64,000 nt of DNA from a virus (IMGVR_UViG_3300021408_000001:1-64000), one strand, 5' to 3'. Counted from the first letter of the stretch, positions 1 through 9,180 are shown. Program-made: numbers and translations. Notes: generated from the letters alone by a model not told the origin.

Positions 1-99
1 CCTGTGAGGTTGACCAACTCAACCCCAGCCCCTCACCGGCCCCTGCAAGGCCTGTGGTTGTCTCTCCTGACTTCACCGGCTAACCTGGCCGTGTAGTTC

Positions 100-181
100 C
101 GGGCACTCAGAGTTCGGTGCCATCACGCCCGCCGTGGTATCGACACTAGGCTGCTTTGCCGGTTCAATCCCGGAGTGCCCG
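100..181 (+). ncRNA. tRNA-like structured RNA (acceptor-like stem and T-loop, no canonical D/anticodon arm)
   Basis: GGGCACT(101-107) pairs with AGTGCCC(174-180); CCGG-TTCAATC-CCGG T-arm-like hairpin; internal stem CGGTGCCA/TGGTATCG. Confidence 0.35.
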
Positions 182-213
182 CTATATAAATCCCACAAAG
201 AAAGAATAGGAAT

Positions 214-552
214 ATGATGGAGCCGTAGGTTTCTGAAAAGTTATACGTTGTAGTCAGGGGCGATCTTGATCCTGGTGTGCAAACTGCGATGGCTGTACAT
301 GCTGCTGTAGAGCATGCATGTAAGTGGCCAATCGAAACATATCACACCGATGTGGTCGCGGTACTTGAAAGCCCTGACGAGTACAGGCTTCAAGAACTGT
401 GGAATGATCTAGAGGCTAAGAACCTTTATGTTGTACCATTCCATGAACCTGACTTGAACGACGAGTTGGTATCACTTGCAATAATCACTGGCAAGGTACC
501 TTCTCTAAGTCGTCTCCCCCTTCTCTTTTCTAGGTCACAGGGGAGGGGGTGA
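214..552 (+). CDS. PTH2-family peptidyl-tRNA hydrolase-like protein with in-frame amber codon (TAG 226-228)
   Basis: AGGA RBS, then ATG ATG GAG CCG TAG GTT TCT GAA AAG TTA TAC GTT GTA GTC AGG GGC GAT CTT in frame with ORF 277-552; MMEP*VSEKLYVVVRGDLDPGVQTAMAVHAA...FHEPDL...LPLL resembles PTH2 motifs. Confidence 0.75.
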
Positions 553-878
553 TAAACGTGACTATTGTTGAAACTAAGCCGGACAAGGATCAGACTATCC
601 GCAAGCTCGCGGCTCAAGTGGTTGAGCTTAAGTCCGAGATTGGTGCACTCAATGCCCAACTGGATGGCAACATCCCTAAGGCTACTGAGTGGCTGCAAAG
701 CAAGGTTTGGCGTCAGCGCCTTGCTCTGGATACTCTTAACCGTCGAGTCGTTACTCAAAGGTTCATCCTTCGTACTCTGAATGAACTTGGTAGGGACCTA
801 ACCCGAGAAGAGTACATTCAGGCGAGAGATGCCCAGCGTGAGGGTCTTAAGGACCGCATAGCTGAGGAGTCTGCTTAA
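549..878 (+). CDS. hypothetical coiled-coil protein
   Basis: 109-aa ORF, GGGAGG RBS, GTGA overlap with upstream gene. Confidence 0.65.
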   Translation: MINVTIVETKPDKDQTIRKLAAQVVELKSEIGALNAQLDGNIPKATEWLQSKVWRQRLALDTLNRRVVTQRFILRTLNELGRDLTREEYIQARDAQREGLKDRIAEESA

Positions 879-883
879 TTTAT

Positions 884-947
884 TTGGGGTGATAGCCAAT
901 CAGGCGAATCATGATACCCAAAGCACAAACATTGGCTATCGCCCCAA
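884..947 (+). ncRNA. stem-closed TIGR-like guide unit
   Basis: 17-bp terminal stem TTGGGGTGATAGCCAAT/ATTGGCTATCGCCCCAA enclosing GGCGAATCA-TGATACCCA-AAGCACAAA (9-nt spacer, loop repeat, 9-nt spacer). Confidence 0.6.
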
Positions 948-951
948 CTAT

Positions 952-1190
952 ACTAGCCATAGCTGTAACGTACCCCACCATAGCATCGCTAGCCATAGGT
1001 GAATCGAACTCCATGTACTCGAACGCTAGCCATAGCTGTAACGTTGCACCAGGTAGTCCACGCTAGCCAGGTAGTCCACGATACCCATGGGAGAAGCGCT
1101 AAGCCAAGGTCGAAACGATACCCATTGCATCGGACGCTAGCTATAGATCAATCAGCCACAATCGAGCCGTAGCCTAGTGCCACCTACGCT
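952..1190 (+). repeat. TIGR-like dual-repeat array L (~5-6 units)
   Basis: alternating CGCTA(A)GCCA and CGATACCCA-like repeats separated by 9-10 nt variable spacers, e.g. CGCTAGCCA-GGTAGTCCA-CGATACCCA-TGGGAGAAG-CGCTAAGCCA. Confidence 0.85.
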
Positions 1191-1200
1191 GATTGTTAAT

Positions 1201-1274
1201 ACCCCCGAGGCCATCTTGGGATTGGCATCCGATTCTAAATCGGATTGCTGCGGGTTCGAATCCCGTCGGGGGTA
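1201..1274 (+). tRNA. tRNA with CUA anticodon (amber suppressor-type)
   Basis: acceptor ACCCCCG/CGGGGGT, D stem GCCA/TGGC, anticodon arm TCCGA-TTCTAAA-TCGGA (CTA at 1235-1237), T arm GCGGG-TTCGAAT-CCCGT. Confidence 0.88.
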
Positions 1275-1278
1275 CTGA

Positions 1279-1539
1279 ATGAAAATACATAATGATCTTT
1301 CTGGTAAATGCTTCAATGAGTATCTTGGTAGGGATATAGATGTGCCCCGGAGACTACATATCTCCGGAAGGCTTGGTAAGGTAATTATTGGGGATAGGAC
1401 ACAGGCGTGGTTGCCTGTATTGGGGGTTATGCCGCTTAAGTGGTACTGGTGGTGGTTTATTGTCTATGAACCATCTAACCCCAAGAAGGGACTACTTGCC
1501 AAGCGCCACCCAGAGTGGTATGGTCTAAAAAACGTATGA
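1279..1539 (+). CDS. hypothetical protein
   Basis: 86-aa ORF coupled to next gene by ATGA overlap. Confidence 0.5.
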   Translation: MKIHNDLSGKCFNEYLGRDIDVPRRLHISGRLGKVIIGDRTQAWLPVLGVMPLKWYWWWFIVYEPSNPKKGLLAKRHPEWYGLKNV

Positions 1540-1763
1540 AGGGATTTCACAAACTCAGAGTAACTACAGAAGGTGATGTAAGGTATCTCAGCGGATTAAT
1601 TAACGTCTACTTAGATGATGTTCAAATTTATCCCCGCTCCTTACAATTAGATCTTGAAGCCGGGTCAGTTCCAAGAGTCTTCCTAGATCTAGACATTCGA
1701 GAATTAGAAATTAGTGCAGATGCTCTTGTAGCTCTGCAAGCTTATGTAAAGGAGAAATCTTGA
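1536..1763 (+). CDS. hypothetical protein
   Basis: ORF overlapping both neighbours by 4 nt. Confidence 0.55.
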   Translation: MKGFHKLRVTTEGDVRYLSGLINVYLDDVQIYPRSLQLDLEAGSVPRVFLDLDIRELEISADALVALQAYVKEKS

Positions 1764-2374
1764 CTGATTCCAATTATACTGCATTGGTCATCGTGCTCGA
1801 CCGTTCTGGAAGCATGGATGATATTAGAACTGACGCACAAGGGTCGCTCAATCAGTTCATCAGGGACCAAAAGGCTGAGCCGGGTAAGGCTACATTGACT
1901 TTGGTACAGTTCGATTCCGGATACGAGCTAGTCCATCTCAATACCCCTCTGGGCGAGGTTCCTGAGATTGTATTGCACCCGCGAGGTAGTACAGCTCTGC
2001 TAGATGCTGTTGGATTTACCGTAGGTAGGATTGGTGAATCCCTGGCATCTATGTCAGAAAACGATAGGCCTGGTAAGGTTCTTGTCGCCATTGTTACTGA
2101 CGGCCATGAGAACGCATCACGTGAGTGGACATATGACTCAGTGAAGAGGCTCATTGATGAGCAGCGCGATAAGTGGGGATGGGAATTTATTTATCTAGCT
2201 GCCGATGAGAATGCTGTTCACGAGTCTGCTAAGATGGGCATTGGTGCTGGAGCAACACATACCTGGGTTGGTACAGCTAAGGGCGTGCGTGCTGCCGGCC
2301 AGTCTTTGAACAGTTACTCAAGCTCATATAGGTCTACCGGTGTAGGCAAGTTCGATGACGAGAACAAGGAATGA
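1760..2374 (+). CDS. von Willebrand factor A (vWA) domain protein
   Basis: MIDAS motif VLDRSGSM, TALLDA, IVTDGHEN. Confidence 0.9.
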   Translation: MTDSNYTALVIVLDRSGSMDDIRTDAQGSLNQFIRDQKAEPGKATLTLVQFDSGYELVHLNTPLGEVPEIVLHPRGSTALLDAVGFTVGRIGESLASMSENDRPGKVLVAIVTDGHENASREWTYDSVKRLIDEQRDKWGWEFIYLAADENAVHESAKMGIGAGATHTWVGTAKGVRAAGQSLNSYSSSYRSTGVGKFDDENKE

Positions 2375-2583
2375 ATTGGTTCTTATTCATTTACCTTGAA
2401 CTTAGAAAGGTAATGGATAAGGCGTGGGTGACTGAGCCATATCTAATGGCTCTGGGTGTAAGCTGGCTAATACTCCTGCTGGCGATCTTTTTGGTTAGCC
2501 TAGCGTGGGCTGAGATAGTCTTATTGATCATAATGTTTGCTGTCACTGGTTGGTTTTTTGTCTTGTACTTGAATCAAACATGA
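2371..2583 (+). CDS. small membrane protein
   Basis: hydrophobic 70-aa ORF, ATGA coupling. Confidence 0.6.
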   Translation: MNWFLFIYLELRKVMDKAWVTEPYLMALGVSWLILLLAIFLVSLAWAEIVLLIIMFAVTGWFFVLYLNQT

Positions 2584-3093
2584 CGGAACACGATGAGTGC
2601 ATATCGTGTGATGGGGTAACACCAGAAAATGAGTGTCCAGACTCAGAACGCCCCTGTGGACATCATTGTAATTGTTCCTGGATACACGACCACTGCCACT
2701 GGTGTGGTGTAGAATTTGGGGAAGAGGGCAAGGAAACCAAGATGACACATGATGACTTTACTGACGAAGATGAGGCAGCGGTAGATAACGTACTAGCTGA
2801 CCACCCGGACCTAGTCGAACGGTTGGCTAATGGAGATGTAAATGCTTTAGTAGAGATGCTAAAGATACTGGGCGAGAAGCAGAAAGAATATGATGACTGA
2901 TTATTCACAATACCCTGCCCACCCGCTAGCAGGCATCCCACAGGAGGTCCTGGATATCGCCCGGGACTATCTCCAGAAGTGTGTTATTGAGGGTGATCTA
3001 GATAATCCGCATCCGGAGATAGTTGAGTCTATTGCTGACTCAGTTGTCCTCTTAATCGTAGAGGCAGGATACAAAATTATTAAGTAACGGCGT

Positions 3094-3166
3094 GCCCCCA
3101 TAGCTCAGAGGATAGAGCGCTTGATTCCGGATCAAGAGGCCACAGGTTCGATTCCTGTTGGGGGTG
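3094..3166 (+). tRNA. tRNA-Arg(CCG)
   Basis: GCCCCCA/TGGGGGT acceptor, CTTGA-TTCCGGA-TCAAG anticodon arm, GGTTCGATTCC T arm. Confidence 0.93.
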
Positions 3167-3435
3167 CTTATGACTGAAGATCCTTTTAGTGCTAGGCTAA
3201 GAGAAATCTTAACATTTAAAATATCTACATGGAATGTAGACTATAATACTAAAATAGTATTTTGGCTTGACGAAAATCAAACTATAGACATCTCCAATCT
3301 TATCAAGCATGTTAGCATCGGACATATAGAATTCAAGTAGGGTCTTCTCGATGGAATGCTCTAATTGCGGTGAGACATTCGATCCTATAGCTACACGTTG
3401 GAGATGTCCATATTGCGGTCACAAAGAGCACTGCT

Positions 3436-4527
3436 GTGACGGATAAGCTAATCATCCGCACATCAGATAGGGAATCATTTCGTCGCTGTAGACAGGCTTG
3501 GGATTTTGGTTCCAAGATAAGACAAAATTGGGATTATGTACCCGGAGTTGAACCTCTAGACTTCGGTACGGCTATACATGCGGCCTTAGAGGTTTATTAT
3601 GATCCACGTCGTTGGGGCGACGATCGTTCAGTCGTAGAGCAAGAGGGCGTTATGGCCTTCTCTAATCACATGGCTGACTGGAAGAGGAGACTCCATAAGT
3701 CCCGACAATGGGACATGATGGAGGATGAGTGGCGCGCCCATAATGTACTTGGTCGAGGCGTACTCAAACACTTCTACACATGGGCTCCAGTTATGGACGA
3801 CCAGTGGGAGCCACTTAAGTCGGAGCTTGAATTCGAAGTCCCTATCCCTATACCAGATGGATTTGTGATTCCGGTAGGCTGGGGACGTAGTCCAGAAAAC
3901 AACCTACTTAAGGTAGTCGATGACAAACTAATACCTGTTGTTTATCAAGGACGAATCGACCTCATTGCAAGGAACATCAGAACTAATAAGGTCTATATCA
4001 TTGACCATAAGACTCGTGGGCAGTTTGGTGATTACGAGCACTACGAGTTAGACACACAGGCGTCCAGTTACGCCTGGGTTCTTAAGAAGATTCTAAAGAT
4101 CGATGTCCATGGAATCATATTCCAGGAGCTGAGAAAGAAGGCTCCCCAAGAACCAAAGGTTCTTAAGCGTGGAGCGCTTTCTAAGGATAAAGGACAAAGT
4201 ACTACTGCTGAGATTTATCGAGCGGCTGTACTACGCGCTGGTCATCCTATAGCAGAATATGAAGACTTTATTACTTTTCTGGAGACGGAAGGCCAGCAGT
4301 ACTTCCGGCGTATCCAAGTCGATCGCTCAGAAAAAGAACTAGAAATCATTGGCCGTAATGTTATCGATGAGGCCATTGATATGCTAGACAACCCAAGAAT
4401 ATATCCTAGCCCTAGTGGTATTAATTGCAATGGATGTAGATACAGAGAACCCTGCCTAATGAAGCAGGATGGCTCTGATTCACAATACTATCTCGATCAT
4501 TCTCTTCTCTATGAAAGGAGAAGTTAA
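3436..4527 (+). CDS. Cas4/RecB-like PD-(D/E)XK exonuclease with Fe-S cysteines
   Basis: N-terminal RRCRQAW, FGTAIH, GRIDLI, IIDHKT, C-terminal CNGCRYREPC. Confidence 0.88.
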   Translation: MTDKLIIRTSDRESFRRCRQAWDFGSKIRQNWDYVPGVEPLDFGTAIHAALEVYYDPRRWGDDRSVVEQEGVMAFSNHMADWKRRLHKSRQWDMMEDEWRAHNVLGRGVLKHFYTWAPVMDDQWEPLKSELEFEVPIPIPDGFVIPVGWGRSPENNLLKVVDDKLIPVVYQGRIDLIARNIRTNKVYIIDHKTRGQFGDYEHYELDTQASSYAWVLKKILKIDVHGIIFQELRKKAPQEPKVLKRGALSKDKGQSTTAEIYRAAVLRAGHPIAEYEDFITFLETEGQQYFRRIQVDRSEKELEIIGRNVIDEAIDMLDNPRIYPSPSGINCNGCRYREPCLMKQDGSDSQYYLDHSLLYERRS

Positions 4528-4953
4528 ATGGGTATCTTACAAATCGTATTTGTAATCTGGTTTATCGGGTGGGTAGTAGCTATATATCCGATTTATAACG
4601 CTCTGGTAATTAATCAGATGAAGCAAGTCGCTAAGAAGAGTGGGACTCCATCTAAGGTAGAGTTAGACAATGGCGATATTGTAAACGCTGCTGTTGGTGC
4701 AACATTCTTTAGCCTGTTCTGGTATATCGCCGTCCCTTTCTTTATTTCCTTTGCAATCCGGAATCAGGGAAAGCCTAGGATCGAAGCAGAGATTATCAAG
4801 GTCAAGGACGACTACAGGCATAAGCAGCTCGTAGAGAAGGCTAGAAAAGAGTTGGAGTCTGATTCAGTAGTAGAAGCTAAGGCTGTTGAGCGCTATACTT
4901 CCCAATCAGCGCTTAGAAGAATGAGCCGAGATCCACTGGACTATGATCGTTAA
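4528..4953 (+). CDS. membrane protein
   Basis: two hydrophobic segments plus charged tail. Confidence 0.65.
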   Translation: MGILQIVFVIWFIGWVVAIYPIYNALVINQMKQVAKKSGTPSKVELDNGDIVNAAVGATFFSLFWYIAVPFFISFAIRNQGKPRIEAEIIKVKDDYRHKQLVEKARKELESDSVVEAKAVERYTSQSALRRMSRDPLDYDR

Positions 4954-5352
4954 ATGTAGCGGTAGCAGGCGGTATCCTACGGAGAGTATGGTCACCCACA
5001 CGGGGCAGGTGTTGCCGTCTTCGGCTGGCACCTGCCCCGTGTGCTATTCTCGCGTCGAGCTGGAAGCTTCGATCATCTCCGATCACTTCCATCGTGTTCC
5101 TTGCGGTAACAATTTGTGCCCTAGCCCGGACTGTCAGGCATGGTACGACGTCGCCGAAGTTGATTTGGGGTGACCATGTGTCGCAAATGTCTAGCTAAGC
5201 CTAGGTACAAGCAGGGTGAATGGTGCTCCCGTTGTATCTACGATGTATGCTGCAAGAACTATCCTAAAAAAGAGCCTAACGGAGCTTACTCGATGTGTAT
5301 CCATGGCGGTAAGCACGGAAGTATCGCAAAACTAAAGGATTTATAGATTAGG

Positions 5353-5381
5353 TTGACCTAGATCCTTCATGGTGATAGAGT
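5353..5381 (+). promoter_or_regulatory. sigma70/SigA-type promoter
   Basis: TTGACC-N17-TAGAGT upstream of the recombination/replication operon. Confidence 0.6.
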
Positions 5382-5396
5382 GCACTCCACCCAAGA

Positions 5397-6206
5397 TTGG
5401 TATCACCATATGGAGAGCACGAATTGTCTATCCCGGAATCAGAAATTCTAACCCAAGACAATTTAGGTGGACTAAGAGTTAGATCGGTTGTTGAAGAAGC
5501 GGAATACTTCAACCTTATGATCTACGGGGAAAGTTCAGTCGGTAAGACCACACTCGCCGGATCGGCCGTAGAAGTGCCTGAGATGCGGCCAGTGATATTC
5601 TTGGACATTGAGGGTGGTACACTGTCTCTGCGGGATAAGTACCCAGAGGTAGAGAAAGTACGCATCGATGGTTGGAACGACTTAGTCGATGTTTACATAG
5701 ATCTCAAAGATAACCCCACAAGATATAAGACGGTTGTCCTAGACTCCGTAAGCGAACTTGAAGAGTTCGGCATGGAAGAAATCATGAATAGGGCAATCAA
5801 GAAGGCAGAAGATGAGGGAGACGAGAGGGACCCTGATCTTCCCCAAATTGGGGAGCATGGGAAAAGCTCTAATAGAATGCGGAAGGTTATTCGTAGGTTC
5901 CGCGATCTTCCCATGAATACGGTTTTTACCGCTCTTGAGCGAGTTGATGTAGACAAGAAGAATCGTCGCACTATCAAACCTAGGCTTTCACCGAAGCTCT
6001 CCAGCCAAGTCTCCGGATTCCTTGATGTGGTCCTCTACATGTATAAGAAGGAAACCGAAGACGAAATTAGGCGGGTAGTTTTATCAGAAGCGACAGACGA
6101 AGTTATAGCCAAGGATAGAACGAATAGGCTTCCGCAAACAATTGCTGATCCAACAATGAGCGCGATTTACGACTTCGCGATGCGAATGAAAGGTGACGAA
6201 GCATGA
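5397..6206 (+). CDS. Sak4-like AAA ATPase (single-strand annealing protein)
   Basis: Walker A IYGESSVGKT, LDIEGG, VVLDSVSE, AKDR; located next to exonuclease and SSB. Confidence 0.85.
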   Translation: MVSPYGEHELSIPESEILTQDNLGGLRVRSVVEEAEYFNLMIYGESSVGKTTLAGSAVEVPEMRPVIFLDIEGGTLSLRDKYPEVEKVRIDGWNDLVDVYIDLKDNPTRYKTVVLDSVSELEEFGMEEIMNRAIKKAEDEGDERDPDLPQIGEHGKSSNRMRKVIRRFRDLPMNTVFTALERVDVDKKNRRTIKPRLSPKLSSQVSGFLDVVLYMYKKETEDEIRRVVLSEATDEVIAKDRTNRLPQTIADPTMSAIYDFAMRMKGDEA

Positions 6207-6682
6207 GTGACGGCGACGACCTTGTAATTGACTTTACCGATCAGGAAGCTTATGGAACGGGCTATGAGCCTCTTCCACGTGGTTGGTATAACTGCGTTAT
6301 TAGCGACTGGGAAGCATCTGAAGTCAAGAAGGAAGGTGGCAAGTTCCCTTCCGGCACTCCAGGTACTCGTTGGGAACTTACCGTTGACGACGAGAGTGAA
6401 TTCGACGGTAGGAAGCTCTGGATTAACCACTGGCACCACGCCAAGAGTATTCCCTTTCTTAAGGGCTTCCTACAATCTACTGGCAAGTTCACTGAGGAAG
6501 AGCTTAACGGACGTCTACACCCAGACGACTTCCGTGAGCGTGCGATTAACTGCCGAGTTCAAGCTCGTGCAGTGATCAAGGAACCTACTGGTGGATACGA
6601 TCGAACCAACGAAGTGAAGTCAATCAAGCCCGCTGGCTCTGAGAAGAATTCAGGCTCCGGTGGTTCGGGGCTTCTCCCCTAA
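6203..6682 (+). CDS. DUF669-like single-stranded DNA-binding protein
   Basis: YEPLPRGWYNCVI, FDGRKLW, NEVKSI motifs; follows Sak4-like gene. Confidence 0.75.
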   Translation: MSDGDDLVIDFTDQEAYGTGYEPLPRGWYNCVISDWEASEVKKEGGKFPSGTPGTRWELTVDDESEFDGRKLWINHWHHAKSIPFLKGFLQSTGKFTEEELNGRLHPDDFRERAINCRVQARAVIKEPTGGYDRTNEVKSIKPAGSEKNSGSGGSGLLP

Positions 6683-6730
6683 CTAAGAACTGGGCAAATG
6701 CCCTGAATCCAATTTAATACAGCACTTTTT

Positions 6731-6868
6731 AAAGGTGTTGCCGGGAGATTGTCCCTCTGCCAGGTTTTCCCCTTTCCCTTTCCTGGCACAACAAAGCCAT
6801 GCTAGCTGAGGTCGAGCTTTGTTGCAGTAGGGCAATCTCCTGGCAACTTTTTATATAAAAGGGGAGGT
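6731..6868 (+). promoter_or_regulatory. branched RNA structure upstream of the primase RBS (terminator/attenuator-like)
   Basis: GTTGCCGGGAGATTG/CAATCTCCTGGCAAC stem followed by T-tract; inner helices TGCCAGG/CCTGGCA and CAACAAAGC/GCTTTGTTG. Confidence 0.55.
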
Positions 6869-6870
6869 AA

Positions 6871-9180
6871 GTGCAAAAAGACTCTGGCATCGCTTTCATT
6901 AAATGGTGTCTGGGTGTGGATTCAGGCTGGGCCGCCATCGGGTCTAAGCATTACCGAACTAATGCTTGGAGATTGGCGACCTTCCCCTACGGCGCCGATG
7001 GTGACGATGACACCATAGCGGACTACATATCTAAAAAAGGCAGAAGTAGCAATATGTACTTCTGCCCCACAGTTCTCCGAGGACCAAAGAGTCGCAAAGA
7101 GAACATTTCACTTAGTACTGTTGCTTGGGCAGATCTTGATTATTGCTCACCCGACAAGATGCAGGTGCCTCCAACTGTTGTTGTTGAGACATCTCCAAAT
7201 AGATATCAGGCTTATTGGAAGTTAGTAAGACCTGAATCTGCGCTCGATGTTGAGGAAATCAATCATCGAATCGCCAAGTTCCATGAGGAAGATGGATGCG
7301 ATCAGGGTGGCTGGGATCTTACCCAGCAGCTGCGTATCCCAGGAACCAATAACTTCAAATATCTTGGAAGCTATTCCAAGACAATCATAGTCAAGATCAT
7401 TGAGCAAGACTTCAACAAGAAGTACGAGCTATCTGATTTTGACATATATCCAGCAACCAACTTTCGCCACAAGACGCCTGTACCCGAGCTTGTGGGATAC
7501 AAAGATGGCGATGGTAGAGACATAATTTATAACCCGACAGTTCGTACTAGGCTACATGCGTCTGCGTATGAATTGTTCGAAGAGACTCCAACTGGCTCGT
7601 GGTCAGAGAAGCTGTTCAAACTAGAGCTTCTACTTCTCTCGGCTGGCCTATCGGACAACGAAGTATTCACTGTTGTCAAAGAGGCTGGATGTAATAAGTA
7701 CGAACGAGACGGTAGACCCGATGAGCACCTGTGGGAAGATGTTTGTCGTGCCAAGGCGCAATATTCACATCAAAGCCCATCCCCCTCGGCTTATGATAAC
7801 AGTGTTGGCTCTGACACCGTTTACATCCCTAAGATGCCTCTCCTCACAGAGGACGAGCATGCTCTGGCTAAACAACGAGAAACCTTTATAGAACGCTATG
7901 TCAAATGGGCTAGCGAGAAGACCGATGCTTCACCTCAATATCATGAGGCTGGTGCATTCACAATTCTATCAGCACTGCTGGCAGGCGTAGTAAAGATACC
8001 TACATCTGCCGGCACGTTCAGAACAAACCTGTGGTTCATGACCCTGGGCGAAACAACTCTAAGTCGTAAGAGTACGGCTATGGGTTACGCCATGTCGATG
8101 ATTAAAGAAATCGACAAAGAATGCATGCTCGCCACAGATGGAAGTATTGAGGGCGTCCTTGACGCTCTTACAACGAGGCGGAATAGATCATCAATTTATA
8201 ACAAGGACGAATTCTCTGGCCTTCTACAGGCCATGGCAAAAAAGGACTATTTGGCTGGCGCGATGGAGAGCTTCACACAGCTCTACGACAGCCAACACCT
8301 GAGGCGACTTCTTCGTAGTGGACCAGTAGACGTTCAAGATCCAATCTTCATCATGTATACTGGTGGCATTAGAGATGCGGTATACACCACCATAGAAACA
8401 GCACACATCGCTAGTGGATTTATACCTAGATTCATCTTTGTATCACCGACTGTAGACCTAACTCGACAGCGCCCAATAGGCCCTGTGATATTCGAGAATA
8501 TGTCTGGTAGAACAGCCCTAGTAAATGGGTTACAGTGCGTGTATGATCATTACAACGATATGTCATATGACGATGACGACAAAAATGATGGATCTATAAG
8601 AATGCCTAAGACATGGGAAGCCACACTCTCCCCTGAAGCTTGGGCGTTATACAATAGAATTGAACATACAATGCAGAAGATGGCATTTGAATCTGATGTT
8701 AGAGACTTGATGATGCCGATGATGGATCGTCTTGCCAAGTCAGGCATAAAGATGGCAGCGCTTATCGCAGCCGCAGAGAGATTGAATGATACTATCACGG
8801 TTCACATAACAGATATCATTCACGCCTTTCACTACATCGAAAGCTACCTAGAATACTCGATCGAAGTTGTATCCAACGCTGGCAAGTCTGCTAGTGAGAT
8901 ACTTATCGAGCGAATGGCAAATTACATCACTGATAATCCTGGTGTGTCACGAGCACTTCTAATGCGCAAGTATCACCTAACATCTAAATCAGCGGATGGA
9001 ACGTTTAGTACCTTGATAGATCGTGGACTCGTCTACGCTTCTAAGAAGGCTGCTGGACTATCGTTCTTCCCAATGAACAGCCAATCAGAAGGTGATGATA
9101 ACCCAGGAACGACAATGGTGATGGACAAACCTGTGACTGAAGGAGAGATCGACTTTGGTGGACCAACCGGACCCGCATAA
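6871..9180 (+). CDS. RepB-type primase fused to DUF3987-like helicase domain
   Basis: WADLD, VVETSPNRYQAYW, LRIPGTNN (RepB primase); SRKSTA, DEFSG, SGFIPRF (helicase-like). Confidence 0.85.
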   Translation: MQKDSGIAFIKWCLGVDSGWAAIGSKHYRTNAWRLATFPYGADGDDDTIADYISKKGRSSNMYFCPTVLRGPKSRKENISLSTVAWADLDYCSPDKMQVPPTVVVETSPNRYQAYWKLVRPESALDVEEINHRIAKFHEEDGCDQGGWDLTQQLRIPGTNNFKYLGSYSKTIIVKIIEQDFNKKYELSDFDIYPATNFRHKTPVPELVGYKDGDGRDIIYNPTVRTRLHASAYELFEETPTGSWSEKLFKLELLLLSAGLSDNEVFTVVKEAGCNKYERDGRPDEHLWEDVCRAKAQYSHQSPSPSAYDNSVGSDTVYIPKMPLLTEDEHALAKQRETFIERYVKWASEKTDASPQYHEAGAFTILSALLAGVVKIPTSAGTFRTNLWFMTLGETTLSRKSTAMGYAMSMIKEIDKECMLATDGSIEGVLDALTTRRNRSSIYNKDEFSGLLQAMAKKDYLAGAMESFTQLYDSQHLRRLLRSGPVDVQDPIFIMYTGGIRDAVYTTIETAHIASGFIPRFIFVSPTVDLTRQRPIGPVIFENMSGRTALVNGLQCVYDHYNDMSYDDDDKNDGSIRMPKTWEATLSPEAWALYNRIEHTMQKMAFESDVRDLMMPMMDRLAKSGIKMAALIAAAERLNDTITVHITDIIHAFHYIESYLEYSIEVVSNAGKSASEILIERMANYITDNPGVSRALLMRKYHLTSKSADGTFSTLIDRGLVYASKKAAGLSFFPMNSQSEGDDNPGTTMVMDKPVTEGEIDFGGPTGPA

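Noticed and set aside
277-552. GTG 277 as the start of the first gene
   Set aside because: No SD, and it removes the conserved YVVVRxDL segment; ATG 214/217 with readthrough fits better
1275-1330. tRNA-associated HDV-like (theta) ribozyme after the suppressor tRNA
   Set aside because: The trailer goes straight into an AT-rich ORF start with no recognisable nested pseudoknot
3436-4527. Cas4 as part of a CRISPR or TIGR acquisition module
   Set aside because: Sits in the usual exonuclease-Sak4-SSB recombination cluster of phages; nothing in the sequence links it to the arrays
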